Positions 34,504 through 36,448 of a stretch of DNA of 36,448 nucleotides are shown here, in pieces. Position 1 is the first letter of the stretch. Every line of letters begins with the position of its first letter. The stretch spans positions 1 through 36,448 of the forward strand of contig JAUCBJ010006491.1 in the NCBI GenBank assembly GCA_032718475.1. The letters run 5' to 3'. The position numbers and the translations under genes are program-made. This DNA is from Nemertoderma westbladi (taxonomy: Eukaryota > Animalia > Xenacoelomorpha). Under the pieces are notes generated by a model. That model saw only the letters and a program-made list of their open reading frames with translations, was not told the origin of the DNA and searched no databases.

Positions 34504-34762
34504 TCCATCTATCCTTTATGGGATTCCTACCGTGGTTCCTGGAACCGACTTCCCAACGGAGGCCACACGACCTACGGCAGTGCCGTTCATTTGTTTATTG
34601 TAACTCAGAGGATATTATTAAAACATGTTGGTCGAACTATTTCTGTTTCTATTATTGTTGCTTACTATTAGAGAATATTATATTGGTTTGTTACAGAAAC
34701 ACCTACTGCTACGGGCTACGGTACAGTTTGTTTATTTCTGGAACTTGAACTCTTTAGGTTCG

Positions 34763-35680
34763 TTACGGCTTGCATTTTAGTTTCATCTCTAATGTTTTCC
34801 CCTGCAGTTTCCAATCCTTTGGATGAGTTCCACCATTCCACCATCCATTACTGTTGTTATACTCCATGTTATCCAGGACCGTTAGATCGTATTCCCTATT
34901 ATCCAATACACCGGTAGAAGCGGTCCCAGCAGTACGTGGATTGGTATAATTTGCTATCTTTAGATTAAAACGAGGATACCCCAAAGTAAAGTCGCTGTAA
35001 ATTCTCGTCCAGTTACCCAAGTCGACCTTTACGTAACAATCCTTCCCCTTTGTCAGCAGAAAGATATTTTGCACTCCTAGGAAGTAAGATCCGTTGGGAT
35101 CTCCGAATCCGTTGTAGTAATAATAACTACCTGTACCTCCATCCCAGCCGTTAATGTCGTTGTTGATGCGACTGTAGAATATAATCCAGCCGCCGTCGCA
35201 TCTGAGTTGATTGTTGGAGGTGGATAGAACCCCAATGGGAGCAGCTCCACCGACGGTATATTGGGTCTCGGATTGTGTAGCTTTATAGCATATATCAGAA
35301 TGAGCGTAGGAATCACAATCTACCTCATTGCATTCAATAAACGAGTGATAAAACTTGTCCTCTATGGAGGTTGTTGTTGAAGTGATTGTGGAGATTGTCG
35401 TTGAAGTAATTGTAGTCATGGTGATTAATCCAGCTTCCCCTATTGAGCTGATTGTGGTCGTCACGTCTGCTCCCGATGGTAACAGCATCAGTATTATTAC
35501 TGTTACTAGAGCAAGAAGAATTCCTATTGCCGCGGCTAAAAGTTTCATTAGATTATCGCAATCATCCAGCAGCATTCGGCACAGCCAGTTCGATTGGTTG
35601 GCGTTGTTGTTCGGCTGAGAGGCGATCGGCAGCTGAACTTCGTCCACTTCGATTTCTTCAACAGCTGGTAGACCTGGCAT
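34763..35680 (-). CDS. Type II membrane FReD protein, paralog B, 305 aa, uninterrupted CDS
   Basis: ATG at 35680. Same architecture and motifs as 20171-21097, and all indels relative to paralog A preserve the frame. Confidence 0.85.
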   Translation of the reverse strand: MPGLPAVEEIEVDEVQLPIASQPNNNANQSNWLCRMLLDDCDNLMKLLAAAIGILLALVTVIILMLLPSGADVTTTISSIGEAGLITMTTITSTTISTITSTTTSIEDKFYHSFIECNEVDCDSYAHSDICYKATQSETQYTVGGAAPIGVLSTSNNQLRCDGGWIIFYSRINNDINGWDGGTGSYYYYNGFGDPNGSYFLGVQNIFLLTKGKDCYVKVDLGNWTRIYSDFTLGYPRFNLKIANYTNPRTAGTASTGVLDNREYDLTVLDNMEYNNSNGWWNGGTHPKDWKLQGKTLEMKLKCKP

Positions 35681-36448
35681 TGTTCGAATGTGAAGCAAGA
35701 CTTGTACAAATAATTATTTAATAAATTGTATTCGTAACGGTAAGAATTCCTGACTTCTGAGATCTTTCGTCTTTTGCAAATTTGCAATCAATATTTTTAT
35801 CACTATAATATATTTACACCAAAATTTGACAATTTCATAAGCCCTTATGTAATGCCAGAGTTTTTTTTAAACAAAATGTTGTCCTTCTAACAGTTGGATT
35901 GTAGTAAGAAGTAGATGGTATTTTAAATTTTGAGTCAGCTACTAATTTTTACGAGCTAGGAAAAAAATTATAGTTGAAAAATAAATATTTTAATCGTAAT
36001 CAAATATAAAATAAATTTTCCAGGAAAACTTACCGAGTCATGGTAGATAAAATATATGTAATAATTGTTTACTAGCTATAGTTTATTTTATTTATAAAGT
36101 AGAAAACTAAACATTCAATAATAAAAAACATTCCAAAATGTCTTTATTGTATGGAACATGTCAAAATAAATGTACAATAATATAATAAAAGCCAGGAAAA
36201 ACAATTTAACTTAAATTAATTTATGTTCCGTAGCAAAACACTGGCATTATTTTCCTAAATTTGGTGTAAACATACGGTAGTGATACCATAAATATAAAAA
36301 TAAAAATGATAACCTGTATTATTTTACAACGGGACTGCAACTAATAAAAGATTCTAGAACAGGGAATTATTATGGTAACAAATAAATTTATCATGAATAG
36401 GTAAACCAAAAGGATTGTAGCGGAATTTTTAAGTATTTTGTTAAAAAG

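Larger units (their letters stand above)
30006..36445 (+). repeat. Segmental duplication, copy B
   Basis: Collinear with 16550-21868, with copy-specific segments at about 30197-30670 and 31130-32430. Confidence 0.93.

Overview
Repeat-rich, AT-rich eukaryotic (most likely invertebrate animal) genomic DNA, not prokaryotic. Left to right: two 21-bp minisatellites (1-4140 and 4720-5390); a two-exon gene for a small single-pass Cys-rich/PPxY membrane protein (7397-13962), whose 6.1-kb intron holds a foldback element, a Penelope-like hammerhead remnant, and a decayed CRE-clade LINE interrupted by a 5'-truncated RTE-type LINE with a 12-bp TSD; several MITE/HINE-like elements; and a tandem segmental duplication (about 16547-21868 versus 30006-36445). 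Each duplicate carries an AT-rich foldback, a 38-bp palindromic satellite and an uninterrupted ORF for a type II membrane fibrinogen-related-domain (FReD) protein, and the two FReDs have diverged sharply and almost only in the ectodomain. Between the duplicates is a very young 7.5-kb BEL/Pao-type LTR element (568-bp LTRs differing at 2 positions, GTTAA TSD). It encodes only Gag and protease, with no RT, RNase H or integrase, and lacks a tRNA-type PBS; instead the 9 nt beside the 5' LTR are complementary to a site inside the LTR, suggesting Tf1-like self-priming. All calls come from reading the sequence by eye; no database searches were run.
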